This document shows positions 27,901 to 37,766 of a stretch of 64,000 nucleotides of DNA, piece after piece. Both the position numbers and the translations under genes were made by a program. The DNA comes from Verrucomicrobiota bacterium (GTDB lineage: Bacteria > Verrucomicrobiota > Lentisphaeria > Lentisphaerales > Lentisphaeraceae): positions 49,279 through 113,278 of the forward strand of contig JBDKFG010000008.1 in NCBI GenBank assembly GCA_039798785.1. Direction: 5' to 3'. Numbering within the stretch: the first letter of the stretch is position 1; each line of letters begins with the position of its first letter. The notes under the pieces were generated by a model, which saw only the letters and a program-made list of their open reading frames with translations, was not told where the DNA came from and did no database searches.

Positions 27901-29501
27901 AGGCCCTCGGCTACGCCACCTCCCAGGACACCGCCAAAGCCGTCACTCTCAGCGCCACCGACGTCGAAGGCAGCGCCCTGACTTACACCTTGGTCGCTTC
28001 GCCCCTGCACGGCAGCTTGAGCGGCTCCGGCAGCGCCCTCACCTACACCCCCGCGCTCGGCTACGTCGGCACCGACTCCTTCACCTACAAAGCCAATGAC
28101 GGCACGGTCGATTCCGCCGTCGCCACCGTCAGCTTCAGCATCACCCCCGCCGATGGCCAGCTGCTCTACTACAAGCTCAACGAAGGCAGCGGCACCGTCG
28201 CCACCGACAGCTCCGCCTTCGCCCGCAACGGCACCCTGACCAATGGCCCCATCTGGATCACCGGACAGGAAGGCTCGGCGGTCAACCTCGACGGCGTCGA
28301 TGACCAGGTCACCGGCCCGACCCTGAACCTGACCACAAACGTCATGACCATGTGCGGTTGGGTGAAGCGCAACGGCGCCCAAGTGGACTACGCCGGCCTG
28401 ATCTTCTGCCGCGGCGGCACCACCGTCTCCGGCCTCGACATCAAAGCCACCGGCGAACTGCGCTACCACTGGAATGACCGCTCCGCCACTTACAGCTTCG
28501 CCAGCGGCCTGATCATCCCTGACCAGACCTGGACCTTCGTCGCCATCGCCGTCGAACCCACCAAGGCCACCTTGGTCATGCGCCCCGCCGGCGGCACCCT
28601 GAGCAGCGCCGTCAACACCGTCGCCCACGATGTCGACGAGTTCAACTCCTCACTCCTCCTCGGTCGCGACACCAGCGGCAGCCGCCGCTTCAAAGGCGCC
28701 ATCGATGAAGTCCGCGTTTACAGCCGCACCCTGAGCCTGGCCGAATTGACCACTCTGTCCAACCTCGGCGCCCCCGCCGCGATGAAGGCCCAGACACTCG
28801 CCAAAACCGCGACCAAGCCAGTCAAGGCCAAGCTCAGCCCCAGCCGCGCCGTCTTCCTCGCTGACGAGACCCTGAGCTTTGACTACGCCGGCCTCCCCGG
28901 CAAAGCCAGCGACTGGCTCGCCGTCTACCCGAAAGGTGCCAACGACCTCAGCTTCCTCGGTCAGGTCAACCTCGGCAAAACCAGCGGCAAGGCCGTCATC
29001 GCCGGCCTGAGCCTGGCCGATGGCGACTACGAAGCCCGCGTCTTCGCCAACGGCACCTTCAGCCTCCTCGCCAAGACTTCCTTCCGCGTCCAGTCGGAGT
29101 TCCGCCTCGAACGCCTGGTTAGCAATGCCGCCGCCCAGCGTCACGGCCTCGGCCTCGCTCTCCCCGGTGGCGACTTCTGGCAGGCTCAAGCCGGCGACAC
29201 CGGCCTGATCAGCGCCACCCTCGCCGAAGGCCTCCGCGCCGGCGATTACCTCGCCAGCGTCGAGCTCCAGCACCAGGCCTTGCCCGGCACCGTCCTCGGC
29301 ACCCTGCAAGTGGTCCAGGACGGCCGCGTCATCGCCAGTGTCGAAGTGCTCGCCGAAGCCTACCCGAAAGCCAAGGCGCAGCTCTCCACCCTGCCCTTCA
29401 ACCTCGACCCCAGCGGCGACGTCGAACTGTTGTTCCTCAGCTCCGGCAAGGCCGCCGTCGCAACGGGCACCATGAGCCTGCTGCCGGTGGAAAAACCCTG
29501 A
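24996..29501 (+). CDS. Large secreted metallophosphoesterase (purple acid phosphatase-like) with Ig-like tandem repeats and a LamG domain
   Basis: GDAG, LGDNAY, GNHE, HHPPY, GHSHSYERS; five NxAPVA...YTP...G.DSFTFKANDG repeats; LamG FKGAIDEVRVY. Confidence 0.9.
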   Translation: MTHRSPSKWQIACASLLLAISSLAADTLIPDSAPNWKSKTDGSDQGTAWKTASFDDSTWTLGTASFGYGDPSTTVVTANKITYYFRKTFTVADPAAYTALTLRMNYDDGFAVYINGTEVKRVGIAAGATYTSTAANHESGAWETFSIPAGTLVAGSNVIAVEVHNQAASSSDLFFNLGLVGETSPQLARVPYLQMGGPDRMTVRWRTNIPVIGRVRYGTTQGALNLTASESAATTEHEVTLTGLTSQTKYFYAVGDAVNGDLAGNTANHHFETSPAIGADVPTRVWVIGDAGTNDANQTAVFNAFKARSAGTYTDLMIMLGDNAYNNGTDALAQNAVFNMYADILRQTPAWSCIGNHENDYDSGGVGYYQYMSLPKQARSDGLSSGVNSGTEAYYSFDHGQIHFICLDSASSQDYTTAGAMYKWAEQDLQQNTGKFVIAFWHHPPYTKGSHNSDTESRLITMRSTFLPLFEQYGVDLVLNGHSHSYERSKFIDGHYGLSSTFNPALKSAGGHVVQSGSGDDSSPYLKPATRSARSGVVYNLAGSSGKISGGTLDHPAMEKSLNVLGSVLITVSGDTLHADFIDSTNTIRDTYVIKKSAANQAPVASPQNVSTSEDSAQAIALSATDAEATALTYSIVSQPAHGTLSGSGANWTYTPAANYNGPDSFTFKANDGSLDSNVATVSLTVNPVNDAPVAVDQALNTAANTAVALVLSANDADGDALSYAIVTQPAHGTLSGSGSSWTYTPANGYSGTDSFTFKANDGTIDSNLATVTVTTAPPVIVNSAPVASNSSASTNEDTAVALVLAATDVDGNPLTYSIVSQPTKGTLSGSGANWTYTPATNTNGPDSFTFKANDGSLDSNVATVSLTVNPVNDAPVANGQSIAATEDTAKTLVLGATDVDGNALTYTIVAAPTKGTLSGTAPNLTYTPNANYNGADSFTFKANDGTVDSNVATVSLSIAAVNDAPVAKALGYATSQDTAKAVTLSATDVEGSALTYTLVASPLHGSLSGSGSALTYTPALGYVGTDSFTYKANDGTVDSAVATVSFSITPADGQLLYYKLNEGSGTVATDSSAFARNGTLTNGPIWITGQEGSAVNLDGVDDQVTGPTLNLTTNVMTMCGWVKRNGAQVDYAGLIFCRGGTTVSGLDIKATGELRYHWNDRSATYSFASGLIIPDQTWTFVAIAVEPTKATLVMRPAGGTLSSAVNTVAHDVDEFNSSLLLGRDTSGSRRFKGAIDEVRVYSRTLSLAELTTLSNLGAPAAMKAQTLAKTATKPVKAKLSPSRAVFLADETLSFDYAGLPGKASDWLAVYPKGANDLSFLGQVNLGKTSGKAVIAGLSLADGDYEARVFANGTFSLLAKTSFRVQSEFRLERLVSNAAAQRHGLGLALPGGDFWQAQAGDTGLISATLAEGLRAGDYLASVELQHQALPGTVLGTLQVVQDGRVIASVEVLAEAYPKAKAQLSTLPFNLDPSGDVELLFLSSGKAAVATGTMSLLPVEKP
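26790..28145 (+). repeat. Five ~90-aa Ig-like (cadherin/Big_9-type) coding repeats
   Basis: Repeats visible in protein and DNA; copies 1 and 3 nearly identical over their 3' half. Confidence 0.85.
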
Positions 29502-29514
29502 AGCCGCGCCAATG

Positions 29515-29545
29515 GCCCGCCGTCCCGCAAGGACGGCGGGCTTGT
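29515..29545 (+). terminator. Hairpin terminator between convergent genes
   Basis: GCCCGCCGTCC-CGCAA-GGACGGCGGGC perfect stem. Confidence 0.7.
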
Positions 29546-29569
29546 TCGTGGCGAAAATGCTTCGAAAAA

Positions 29570-30007
29570 CTAGGGTTCGATTCTTGGATCCCATGAAGTT
29601 TTTAACTTATGAGACTGTAAAAAATCTAGTAAAATCTCGGCGTCACCACCTTTGCAAATATACAATACAGATTTTTTATTCGATAAACTTATAAATAAAG
29701 CCAGTGTCTTTTGCCCATATTTTGGTCTAATCATAGGGAACTTCTTTTCTAAAATAAATTTTTCATTTTCATTGTTGTGATACACTTTTACAAACTTATA
29801 CCAAAACAAAAATAGAGATTTATTATCATCAATGACGTACACAATTGGCCTTAGAGGATTTGAAATTATTACTAATGCAAAAAGAGAAATAAAAAGGCAC
29901 GCTTCAGACCCGAAGAATATGAATTGAAAACATATAATTGCTAGAATGAAAATATCCCCAATATCCAGACTGGTTCCAATGAGTTTAAAACTTGATTTAA
30001 ATACCAT
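29570..30007 (-). CDS. AT-rich hypothetical membrane protein
   Basis: 145-aa ORF with two hydrophobic segments in a sharply AT-rich patch. Confidence 0.55.
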   Translation of the reverse strand: MVFKSSFKLIGTSLDIGDIFILAIICFQFIFFGSEACLFISLFALVIISNPLRPIVYVIDDNKSLFLFWYKFVKVYHNNENEKFILEKKFPMIRPKYGQKTLALFISLSNKKSVLYICKGGDAEILLDFLQSHKLKTSWDPRIEP

Positions 30008-30240
30008 GGTTCACACCTACATGTGGTTAGCTTGTTGGGGGCACTGATGCGCACCGCGCGGGGCTTCAGGCCCGAAAATCAGGGCCAGGACCTTTTTGCA
30101 TACCGGATCTTAGCTCCAAGCGCAAAAATGTCGTCTATCACACTTCGCGGACTTCGCAGTCCGAAGGATGCCCCATCAACGCCAGTGCTTGGCAAATTGT
30201 CACGTCGCGGTTTCTTCTCAGCAACTCCAGGAGATCCTCC

Positions 30241-31077
30241 ATGCGCTTCCTCCGGCTCGCCATCCTCTTCGCCATCCTTCCCGTGCCTCTGCTCGCCCAC
30301 GGCGACCTACACGACCGCATCGACGCGATCACCGAAAAACTTGCCGCCGCACCCAATCAGCCGGCCCTGCTGCTCGAGCGTTCCGACCTCCATTTCCAGC
30401 ATGAAGAATACGACCAGGCGCTGCGCGACCTGCTCCTCGCCGAACGCCTCGATCCCAAAGCCGCCGCCTTCCCCCTCCTTCGCGCCCGGGCCTACATCCC
30501 CGCCGGCTTCCCTCGCCTCGGCATCGAAGAGCTGCGGCCCCTCGTCGCCGCCCAACCCAAACACGGCCAGGCCTGGCTGATGCTGGCGCAAGCTCAACTC
30601 GCCACCAAGCAGATGAAAGAGGCAGCCCTCTCCTACGACCAGGCCGTCGCCACCCTCGACCGGGTCGAGCCGCAGATCATCCTCGAACAATGCCGCGCCT
30701 GGGCCGGCAGCAAAGGCGGCGAAGCCACCGCCCTCTTGCGGATCGAAAGCGCTCTGAAATCGCTGGGAGCGGAAATCCCCGCCCTGGTCGATGCCCACAT
30801 CGATCTCCTCGTCCTCAACGGCAAGCTCGACGCCGCCTGCGCCAGCCTCGACCGCCAGGCCGCCCGACTCAACCGCAAAGACGCCGTCCTGCTCAAGAAG
30901 GCGGAGCTCCTGGAAAGCCAGCTGCGCTATCCCGAGGCGCGGCAGGCCCTGAATGCCGCACGCGACAACCTCGCCTCATTGCCCGAACATGTCCGGCAGC
31001 GGCCCGATGTCATCGAGGCGGCCGCGAAAATCGCCGTTCGCCTCGAATTGCTGCGACGCCGCCTTGACGGCCCCTGA
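30241..31077 (+). CDS. Exported tetratricopeptide-repeat protein
   Basis: Signal peptide ending LAH; TPR-like helices; AGGAGA RBS. Confidence 0.8.
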   Translation: MRFLRLAILFAILPVPLLAHGDLHDRIDAITEKLAAAPNQPALLLERSDLHFQHEEYDQALRDLLLAERLDPKAAAFPLLRARAYIPAGFPRLGIEELRPLVAAQPKHGQAWLMLAQAQLATKQMKEAALSYDQAVATLDRVEPQIILEQCRAWAGSKGGEATALLRIESALKSLGAEIPALVDAHIDLLVLNGKLDAACASLDRQAARLNRKDAVLLKKAELLESQLRYPEARQALNAARDNLASLPEHVRQRPDVIEAAAKIAVRLELLRRRLDGP

Positions 31078-31167
31078 GCTACATCGGCCTATTTCCCCGG
31101 CGTATTTGTAACCTTGTTCGTCCTAGGCAGCATTCTTGAATGAAGTCCAACCCACGGAGAAACCGAC

Positions 31168-31863
31168 ATGAAAGCCGTCCTGCCCTTGCTGATCTTCGCT
31201 CCGATGCTTTTCGCGGGGGACCCCGCCCAAGGCAAGAAAAACGCCAGTGAGGCCGTCGAGATGCCCGCCATGGAGCCGGCATCCCCCCCACCTCAGGAGA
31301 CCGATCTGCTCAAAGACGGCCTCAAGAACTGGTTCTTCGACCGCAAAGGCGTCGACATCTCCAGTGTCGCCAAGATAGAAGCCGGCGTCCTCAAGCTCAG
31401 CGGCAAGCCTGTCGGCTCGCTGATCAGCCGTGCGGCCTACAAGGACTACGAGATCGAAGTCGAATGGCGCTGGCCCGGCAAGCCCGGCAATGGCGGCGTC
31501 CTGCCCCACGTCTCCACTCCCAACCAGATCGGCGTCTGGCCGCGCTCGATGGAATGCCAGATCCTTAACGGCCGAGCCGCCGAATTTCTCGCCATCCCCC
31601 GCGCCTTGCCCTTCGAGGCCAGGCCCGGACCCAATAAGGGCGGCGTTGCAAAACGCGCCGCCGAAGCCGCAGAAAAACCTCTAGGCGAATGGAACAACAT
31701 GCGCATCCAGTGCCGAGGCAACGCCTTCAAGATCTGGCTCAACGGAGTCCTCGCCAACGAATGCAGCGGCTGGCCCGATGCCGCCGGCCCCTTCGCCCTG
31801 CAGAACGAAGGCACCCCCTACGAATACCGCAAAGTCATCGTCCGCCCCCTGCCGAAGGAATAG
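31168..31863 (+). CDS. DUF1080 (3-keto-disaccharide hydrolase family) protein
   Basis: GNGGV, ECQI, KPLGEWN, LQNEG..EYRK. Confidence 0.85.
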   Translation: MKAVLPLLIFAPMLFAGDPAQGKKNASEAVEMPAMEPASPPPQETDLLKDGLKNWFFDRKGVDISSVAKIEAGVLKLSGKPVGSLISRAAYKDYEIEVEWRWPGKPGNGGVLPHVSTPNQIGVWPRSMECQILNGRAAEFLAIPRALPFEARPGPNKGGVAKRAAEAAEKPLGEWNNMRIQCRGNAFKIWLNGVLANECSGWPDAAGPFALQNEGTPYEYRKVIVRPLPKE

Positions 31864-31915
31864 ATGCGGGCTCACCCATCCACTTGATCTCCTTCGGGTG
31901 CCGAGGAGCTGAAAA

Positions 31916-32800
31916 ATGACAATCCACAGAATCATCCTGCTCCTAGTCATCCTCCTCCCCTCCTGCGTAAGCCCGCTGCAGCAAGAGGGGGAGGTGCCCG
32001 ACCGCATACTCATCTTCGAGCTCTGCGGCGCTCCTGATGGCGACCTCGCCTGGCTCGCCAAGGACCAGGGGAAGCTGCCTCTGCCGGCACTTCGGCAGTT
32101 CTGCCGGCAAGCGGTCTGGATCGAGGTGGCTCCCAGTCCGAAGCGCGACTTGTCTTCTCTGTGGGAGACGGGGCGCGAGTCCGGCTGCGTGCCGGCGTGC
32201 TTCGGCGAAAGCCCGGCGAAAATCCCCGCCGCGTCGTGGATTCTGTCGCAACCGCCGCCGCGTCGCGCCTTGCCCGCAGCCTTCCGTTCCGGCCTGCCGC
32301 AAGTGACCCTGGCGGAGCGCCGCCCCGGCATGACCGCCGCCATCGAAGTGCCGATGACGCGACCCTACCTTCTCCAGCTCGGCGACGGCGCGGCGCAATT
32401 CTGCCGCCAGATGGCTCTTGATGAACGCCCTTGGATCGCCCGCGTCCATCCCGGCGACTGGGTGGCGCAAGATCCCGAACCCGACGCCCTGGAACGCGCC
32501 CGCCGCGTCCTGCCAGGACAGGCTCCGGCTCTCGCCGCCTGGATGCTCCAGGACGACATGCTCGCCCGCCTCCTCGCCGAGCTGGTGGCGATCGAGCAGG
32601 ACCGCCACACCCTCGTCGTCGTCTGCAGCTCCGATCCCGCTTCGCCGCTTCTCGTCTATTGGCCGGGACGGATCGAGGGCGGCGAGCGCCTGCGCAGTTC
32701 CCTCGATGCAAGCTCTCTGTTGCAGCAACTGGGTCAGCAGGTCCGGCTCCCGAGCCAGGCCGCCGGCCTGTCCAGCCCCGAACTCCGGATCCGCCGATGA
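31916..32800 (+). CDS. Lipoprotein with degenerate sulfatase/alkaline-phosphatase-like segments
   Basis: Lipobox LPSC; DD.LARLL..L.....TLVVV.S and PLLVYWPGRI resemble a sulfatase C-half; no CxPxR motif. Confidence 0.5.
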   Translation: MTIHRIILLLVILLPSCVSPLQQEGEVPDRILIFELCGAPDGDLAWLAKDQGKLPLPALRQFCRQAVWIEVAPSPKRDLSSLWETGRESGCVPACFGESPAKIPAASWILSQPPPRRALPAAFRSGLPQVTLAERRPGMTAAIEVPMTRPYLLQLGDGAAQFCRQMALDERPWIARVHPGDWVAQDPEPDALERARRVLPGQAPALAAWMLQDDMLARLLAELVAIEQDRHTLVVVCSSDPASPLLVYWPGRIEGGERLRSSLDASSLLQQLGQQVRLPSQAAGLSSPELRIRR

Positions 32801-33900
32801 AAGCTTCCCTCCTTTGCACCGGCGTCCTGCTGCTGGCTTTGTCCTGCCAGCAGCGGCCGACGCCGCCGCTTCTCCATGCCGACGCCGTTTTCGCCTCCCC
32901 CCTCACCTCCCTCCAGGCCGAGCTCGGACGGGAGATCTTCTTCGACCGCCGCCTCTCGCGTCCCGGCGGTCAATCCTGCGCCAGCTGCCATCAGCCTGAA
33001 AACGCCTTCGCCGAGCCCCTCGCGACCTCGCGCGGCGCCATCCCGGAACGCGTCGGCACGCGCAACGCCCCGAGCCTGATGTACGCCTCGCTGGTCCCCT
33101 CTCCCGGCTTCAATCCCGCCGGGCCCCTGGTCGACAACGAAGATGCCGGCCAGATCGGCGGCCTATTCCTCGACGGCCGCGCCCGGGCTTTCGAGGACCA
33201 GGTTCGCGGGCCTTTTTTCAATCCGCTGGAAATGAATCTCTCCGGCCCAGCCGAGCTGGCCTCTCTGCTCCGCGCCGCTCCTTACGCCGACAAGTTCCAA
33301 CTCCCGAACGGCAACGACGAAGCCTGGGTCGACGCCGCCGCCCGCGCCCTCGCCGCCTTCCTGCGCGAACCCTTGTTCACGCCCTACAATTCCCGCGTCG
33401 ACGCCTTCATCGCCGGCGAGCGCCAGGCTCTCAGTCCGCAAGAGGAGCTAGGCTTCAATCTCTTCCAGTCCAGCAAGAGCAAATGCAGCGTCTGCCACAG
33501 CTTCGCAGGGACCGAGGAGCCACGCCCGGCTTTCACCGATCACAGCTACGTCAATCTCGGCATCCCGCAGCTCCCCGGCCGCGACGCCGATCCGGGTAAC
33601 GGCAAGATCACCGGCAAAGCCACCGATCTCGGCCGCTTCCGCGTCCCGACCCTGCGCAACGTCGCCCTCACCGGCCCCTGGATGCACGACGGCAGCTTCG
33701 CCAAACTCGAAGATGTGATCAGCTTCTACAACAGCCGCGACATCGACCGCAAGCGTTGGGGCGACAGCGCCTATCCCGAGACCATCTCGCAAAAGGAGCT
33801 TGGCAACCTGCAGCTCACTCCGGAAGAGGAGGCAGCCCTAGTCGCCTTCTTGAAGGCTCTCACCGACCGGCAGTTCGAGCGGGCTCAACCCGGCAGGTAG
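32797..33900 (+). CDS. Di-heme cytochrome c peroxidase (CcP/MauG family)
   Basis: CASCH and [36 protein letters not shown]. Confidence 0.92.
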   Translation: MKASLLCTGVLLLALSCQQRPTPPLLHADAVFASPLTSLQAELGREIFFDRRLSRPGGQSCASCHQPENAFAEPLATSRGAIPERVGTRNAPSLMYASLVPSPGFNPAGPLVDNEDAGQIGGLFLDGRARAFEDQVRGPFFNPLEMNLSGPAELASLLRAAPYADKFQLPNGNDEAWVDAAARALAAFLREPLFTPYNSRVDAFIAGERQALSPQEELGFNLFQSSKSKCSVCHSFAGTEEPRPAFTDHSYVNLGIPQLPGRDADPGNGKITGKATDLGRFRVPTLRNVALTGPWMHDGSFAKLEDVISFYNSRDIDRKRWGDSAYPETISQKELGNLQLTPEEEAALVAFLKALTDRQFERAQPGR

Positions 33901-34781
33901 ATCTTCTCGGCGTGCTCGAGCTCCATCGCGTCCTGGAGCCGGAAGATCTCCTTCACCGAGGCGATCTTGCTCTCGATGTTGACCAGGCCGCGGTCCTGGT
34001 GGATCTGGCGGGCCGTCTGCTGCATGGCGGTGATGTTGGCGCGCACCAGATGGTTGGCCCAGATGACGAGACTGACCCCGAGCTTCTCGAAGTCGCTGGC
34101 GGGGACGGAGTGGAACATGGTGGGGACGATGACCACCGGGCAGGCCTTGTCCCAGTGCTTCATGAAGGCGGAGATGTCGTCGAGGGTGTTCTTCTTCGAA
34201 TGGATGAGCACCGCGTCGGCGCCGGCCGCGGCGTAGGCGCCGGCGCGCTTCAGGGCCTCGTCGAGACCCCAGCCGGCGATGAAGGCCTCGGTGCGGGCGA
34301 CAACGCAGAAGTCGGGGTCGACCTGGGTGTCCTTCGCGGCCTTGATCTTGCCGGCGAACTCCTCGATGCTGGCGAGCTGCTGCGACTCGCCGTTGATGAA
34401 GGAGTTGGTCTTGGGGAAGAGCTTGTCCTCGATGCACATCGCGGCGATGCGCTTCTGCTCGAGCTTGCGGACGAGGCGGCGGACGTTGTTGAAGTTGCCG
34501 TAGCCGGTGTCGGCGTCGATCAGGATCGGGATCGAAGTGGCGTCGCTCATGAACTCGGTCATGGCCAGGACTTCGGTCCAGGAGGCTTCGTTGCTGTCGC
34601 GCACGCCGAGGGAGGCGGACATGGCCAGGCCGCTGGCCCAGATGCCCTTGAATCCGGCCTCTTCGACGATGCGGGCGCTGAGGCCGTCGTGCGCCTCGAG
34701 GATGAACTCGAGCTCCTTGGACTGGAGCAGCTTCTTGAACTGGGTGGTTTTCGGGGCGGCGGCTGGTTGGCGGTTGGTCAT
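33885..34781 (-). CDS. pepM: Phosphoenolpyruvate mutase
   Basis: Diagnostic [10 protein letters not shown] (EDKx5NS), [29 protein letters not shown]. Confidence 0.96.
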   Translation of the reverse strand: MTNRQPAAAPKTTQFKKLLQSKELEFILEAHDGLSARIVEEAGFKGIWASGLAMSASLGVRDSNEASWTEVLAMTEFMSDATSIPILIDADTGYGNFNNVRRLVRKLEQKRIAAMCIEDKLFPKTNSFINGESQQLASIEEFAGKIKAAKDTQVDPDFCVVARTEAFIAGWGLDEALKRAGAYAAAGADAVLIHSKKNTLDDISAFMKHWDKACPVVIVPTMFHSVPASDFEKLGVSLVIWANHLVRANITAMQQTARQIHQDRGLVNIESKIASVKEIFRLQDAMELEHAEKIYLPG

Positions 34782-34821
34782 GGCAGTCTCCTGATTCAGG
34801 GTGAGGTTCGGACAAGACGTT

Positions 34822-36534
34822 TCAGTAGCCCGCAGCGGCGGCGTCGGGATTGCGGCGGAGATCGGCGGCGCCGCGATAGCCGGAGGTCGTGGCCTCGAGG
34901 CAGTGGGCGTCGCCCTGGGTCGGGATGCCGTCCTTCGGGACGACCTTGTGGCCCATCTTGCGGAGCTGCTCGACATGGGGGAAGGAATCGATGTTCTCGA
35001 CCACCAGGGCATCGGGATGCCACTCGTGGCTCATGCGGGGGGCACGCACCGCTTCGCTGACCGGCATGTCGAAGTCGAGGACGTTGACCAGGATGCCGAG
35101 CAGGGTGGCGGGAATGGCGCGCGAGCCGGGTGAGCCGATGACCAGGCGGACGCGTCCCTTTTCGCTGACGATGCAGGGGCTCTGCGAGGAGAGCGGGCGC
35201 TTGCCGGGGGCGATGGTGTTGGGCTCGGTGCCGATCTTGCCCTGGGCGTCGACGCCGCCGGGCTTGACGTTGAAGCCGAACATGTTGTTGTTGAGCAGGA
35301 AGCCGGCGTCCTTGACGACGATGCGGCTGCCCCAGAGGCGTTCGATGGTGTAGGTGTTGGAGACCGCCAGCCCGTCCTTGTCGATGATCGAGAAGTGGGT
35401 GGTGTCCTGGCCGTCGCTGATGAAGACGCCGGGGGCGAGATCCTGGCTGGGCGTGGCCTTGGCGAGGTCGATCTCCGCGGCGAGCTTCCTGCCGTGTTCC
35501 GGCGTCGCCAGTTCGGGCGGGATGCGGACGAAATCGGGATCGCCGAGGAAGCGGGCGCGGTCGCAGTTGGCGCGGCGCATCGCCTCGGCCATGACCTGGA
35601 GGGTGCGCAGGTCCCAGCGTCCCCAGGACTTGAGCTCGAAGTTCTGGACGGTGTTAAGCATTTCGAGGAGGCAGAGGCCGCCGCCGCTGGGAGGTGGCGG
35701 CAGATAGACGTCGAAGCGGCCGCGGTATTTGGTGTGCAGCGGCTGGACCACGGCGCAGCGGTAGGCGGCGAGATCCGCCGCGCTCAACAGGCCGCCGCCG
35801 CGCCGCATCTCGGCGAGGAGCTGCCGGGCGATGCTGCCGGAGTAGAAGCTCTCCGGGCCTTCTCGGCCAAGGGTCTCCAGGGTGCGGGCCAGATCGGGCT
35901 GGACCAGCTTGTCGCCCTGCCGCCAGTCGCCGCCGCCGGGACGTCCGAAGACGCGCAGGAACTCGTCGTGGCCGGGGGTGTTCTTGTCGGCGAGGTACTT
36001 GTTGAGGGAGAAGGCGAGCCAGGTGTCGATGGCGAAGCCCTCGCGGGCGAGCTTGACCGCCGGGGCGACGAGCCGGGCCCAGGGAAGCCGGCCGAAGCGG
36101 GCGTGGGCGGCGGCGAGGCCGCGGACGGTGCCGGGCACGGCGACCGCCTTGTGCTCGTATTGGGAATCCTGCGGGCCGAACATGTCGCGCGTGGCGGCGG
36201 CCGGGGCGGCTTCGCGGTAGTTGAAGACGACGGGCCCGCCCTGGCCGGGGGCGGGGTGGACGAGCATGAAGCCGCCGCCGCCGATGTTGCCCGCCGCGGG
36301 ATAGGTGACGCAGAGGGCGAGGGCGGTGGCGACCGCCGCATCGACCGCATTGCCGCCCTCGGCCAGGATGTCGCGGCCGGTTTCCGAGGCGAGCGCGGAG
36401 ATCGACACCACCAGCCCCTGGCGGCATTGGATGTCATTGCCGGTGATCTTCTCCGGAGGAGGCGCTGATGGCGCGGGCCGGGCGCAGCCGGCGAGGGTGC
36501 CCAGCAAGGCGAAAACAAGGATGGAGGCTTTCAT
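34822..36534 (-). CDS. ggt: Gamma-glutamyltransferase, lipoprotein
   Basis: [19 protein letters not shown], nucleophile [18 protein letters not shown]; lipobox LAGC. Confidence 0.93.
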   Translation of the reverse strand: MKASILVFALLGTLAGCARPAPSAPPPEKITGNDIQCRQGLVVSISALASETGRDILAEGGNAVDAAVATALALCVTYPAAGNIGGGGFMLVHPAPGQGGPVVFNYREAAPAAATRDMFGPQDSQYEHKAVAVPGTVRGLAAAHARFGRLPWARLVAPAVKLAREGFAIDTWLAFSLNKYLADKNTPGHDEFLRVFGRPGGGDWRQGDKLVQPDLARTLETLGREGPESFYSGSIARQLLAEMRRGGGLLSAADLAAYRCAVVQPLHTKYRGRFDVYLPPPPSGGGLCLLEMLNTVQNFELKSWGRWDLRTLQVMAEAMRRANCDRARFLGDPDFVRIPPELATPEHGRKLAAEIDLAKATPSQDLAPGVFISDGQDTTHFSIIDKDGLAVSNTYTIERLWGSRIVVKDAGFLLNNNMFGFNVKPGGVDAQGKIGTEPNTIAPGKRPLSSQSPCIVSEKGRVRLVIGSPGSRAIPATLLGILVNVLDFDMPVSEAVRAPRMSHEWHPDALVVENIDSFPHVEQLRKMGHKVVPKDGIPTQGDAHCLEATTSGYRGAADLRRNPDAAAAGY

Positions 36535-37766
36535 CGGGGGCTTCCTTTTGCGGACGCCGCGAGGCGGGAGGCGAGGAGGTGGAGGAGGGAGCTGACCGTG
36601 AGGAAGACGGCGACGGCGATCAGCCAGAAGCAGGAGGCCCAGTCGCCGCCGCGCAGCAGCCCGTAGAGGCCGAGGGCGAAGGCGGCGCCGAGCAGGCGTC
36701 CCGCGCCATCGACCAGGTGCAGCAGGCCCATGCAGGTGCCCATCGAGGCGGCGTGGCTGTGCTTCTTCGCGGTCTCGTCGAAGCAGGGGGTCATCAGCAC
36801 TTCGCCGCAGATGAAGACGGCGATGGCGAGAGGCAGGAAGACCGGGCTGGGGACGAAGGAGAGCAGCAGCAGTCCGGCGCAGTAGCACAGCACCGAGCAC
36901 ATCGACCACCATTCCCACTTGAAGCCGAGGCTGTAGAGCTTCTTCGACAGGTGCACCGAGAGCAGATGGGCGCCGAGCAGGGTGGTCAGCAGGCTGACGA
37001 GGCCGATGGTCCAAACCGGATCGTTGCAGCCGTAGCGGTCGATGGCGTATTTCGGGATGACGGTGCCCCAGCAGCCGTAGGGCAGCACCATGGCGAAGCG
37101 GCGCAGGGCGTCTGCGAGGAAGGATTGCTTGCGCAGCAGGTCCTTGGCATCGCCCAGGCACCAGGAGCTTTTCTTCGGGGCGGCCGCCGCCTGGCTCTTC
37201 GGGTCGGCGAGGAAGCCGAGGGCCAGGGGCAGGGCGAGGCCGGCGAGGAGGAGGGCGTGGACCTTCGCTCCCCAGAGGCCGAGGCTGCGCAGGGCGAGGC
37301 TGTTGCCGAGGAAGCTGCCGAGGTTGAGCAGGGTGGCGCGCCTGGCGACCGAGCTGCGCAGCATCTCCGGGCTGGAGTTGAGCACCAGCAGGGAGTTGAG
37401 CGCGATCTTGCCGAGCACGAAGGCCATGCCGGCCAGGAAGATCATCGTCGCGCAGACCGCAAAACCGGGGGCGCTGGCGATCACCAGGAAGCTGCCGCCG
37501 CCCAGGCCGATGGCGAGCAGCAGGGCGCTGCGCACCGAGGTCTTGTCGGCCAGCCAGCCGGCCAGAGGGGCGAAGAGCGACTGCGCCAGGATGTAGCCGT
37601 TGAGAATGAGGGCGATCTGGCCATAGTCGAGGCCAGGATCCAGGCCCTCGAAAAGCGGGAAGACGTAAGGCAGGAAGGCGCCGCGGGCGAAGAAGAGCAG
37701 GGCGATGGCGACACAGACCACCCAGATCACCTTGGCGGAGTCGAGGCCGTCCCGCTCACTCGACAT
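36531..37766 (-). CDS. MFS transporter
   Basis: About 12 hydrophobic helices; G.LADK motif A; overlaps both neighbours. Confidence 0.88.
   Translation of the reverse strand: MSSERDGLDSAKVIWVVCVAIALLFFARGAFLPYVFPLFEGLDPGLDYGQIALILNGYILAQSLFAPLAGWLADKTSVRSALLLAIGLGGGSFLVIASAPGFAVCATMIFLAGMAFVLGKIALNSLLVLNSSPEMLRSSVARRATLLNLGSFLGNSLALRSLGLWGAKVHALLLAGLALPLALGFLADPKSQAAAAPKKSSWCLGDAKDLLRKQSFLADALRRFAMVLPYGCWGTVIPKYAIDRYGCNDPVWTIGLVSLLTTLLGAHLLSVHLSKKLYSLGFKWEWWSMCSVLCYCAGLLLLSFVPSPVFLPLAIAVFICGEVLMTPCFDETAKKHSHAASMGTCMGLLHLVDGAGRLLGAAFALGLYGLLRGGDWASCFWLIAVAVFLTVSSLLHLLASRLAASAKGSPR

Noticed and set aside
25014..29594. Long antisense ORFs (e.g. 27045-28628, 25920-26921)
   Set aside because: Shadows of high-GC3 codon usage on the opposite strand of a well-supported gene; the same applies to most overlapping ORFs in the track
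33885..34781. Isocitrate/methylisocitrate lyase or phosphonopyruvate hydrolase instead of PepM
   Set aside because: [10 protein letters not shown] fits the PepM EDKx5NS motif; there is no KKCGH/KRCGH lyase motif
34782..37161. N-terminal extensions of pepM (to 35012) and ggt (to 37161)
   Set aside because: They overlap neighbouring genes; RBS and signal peptide support starts at 34781 and 36534
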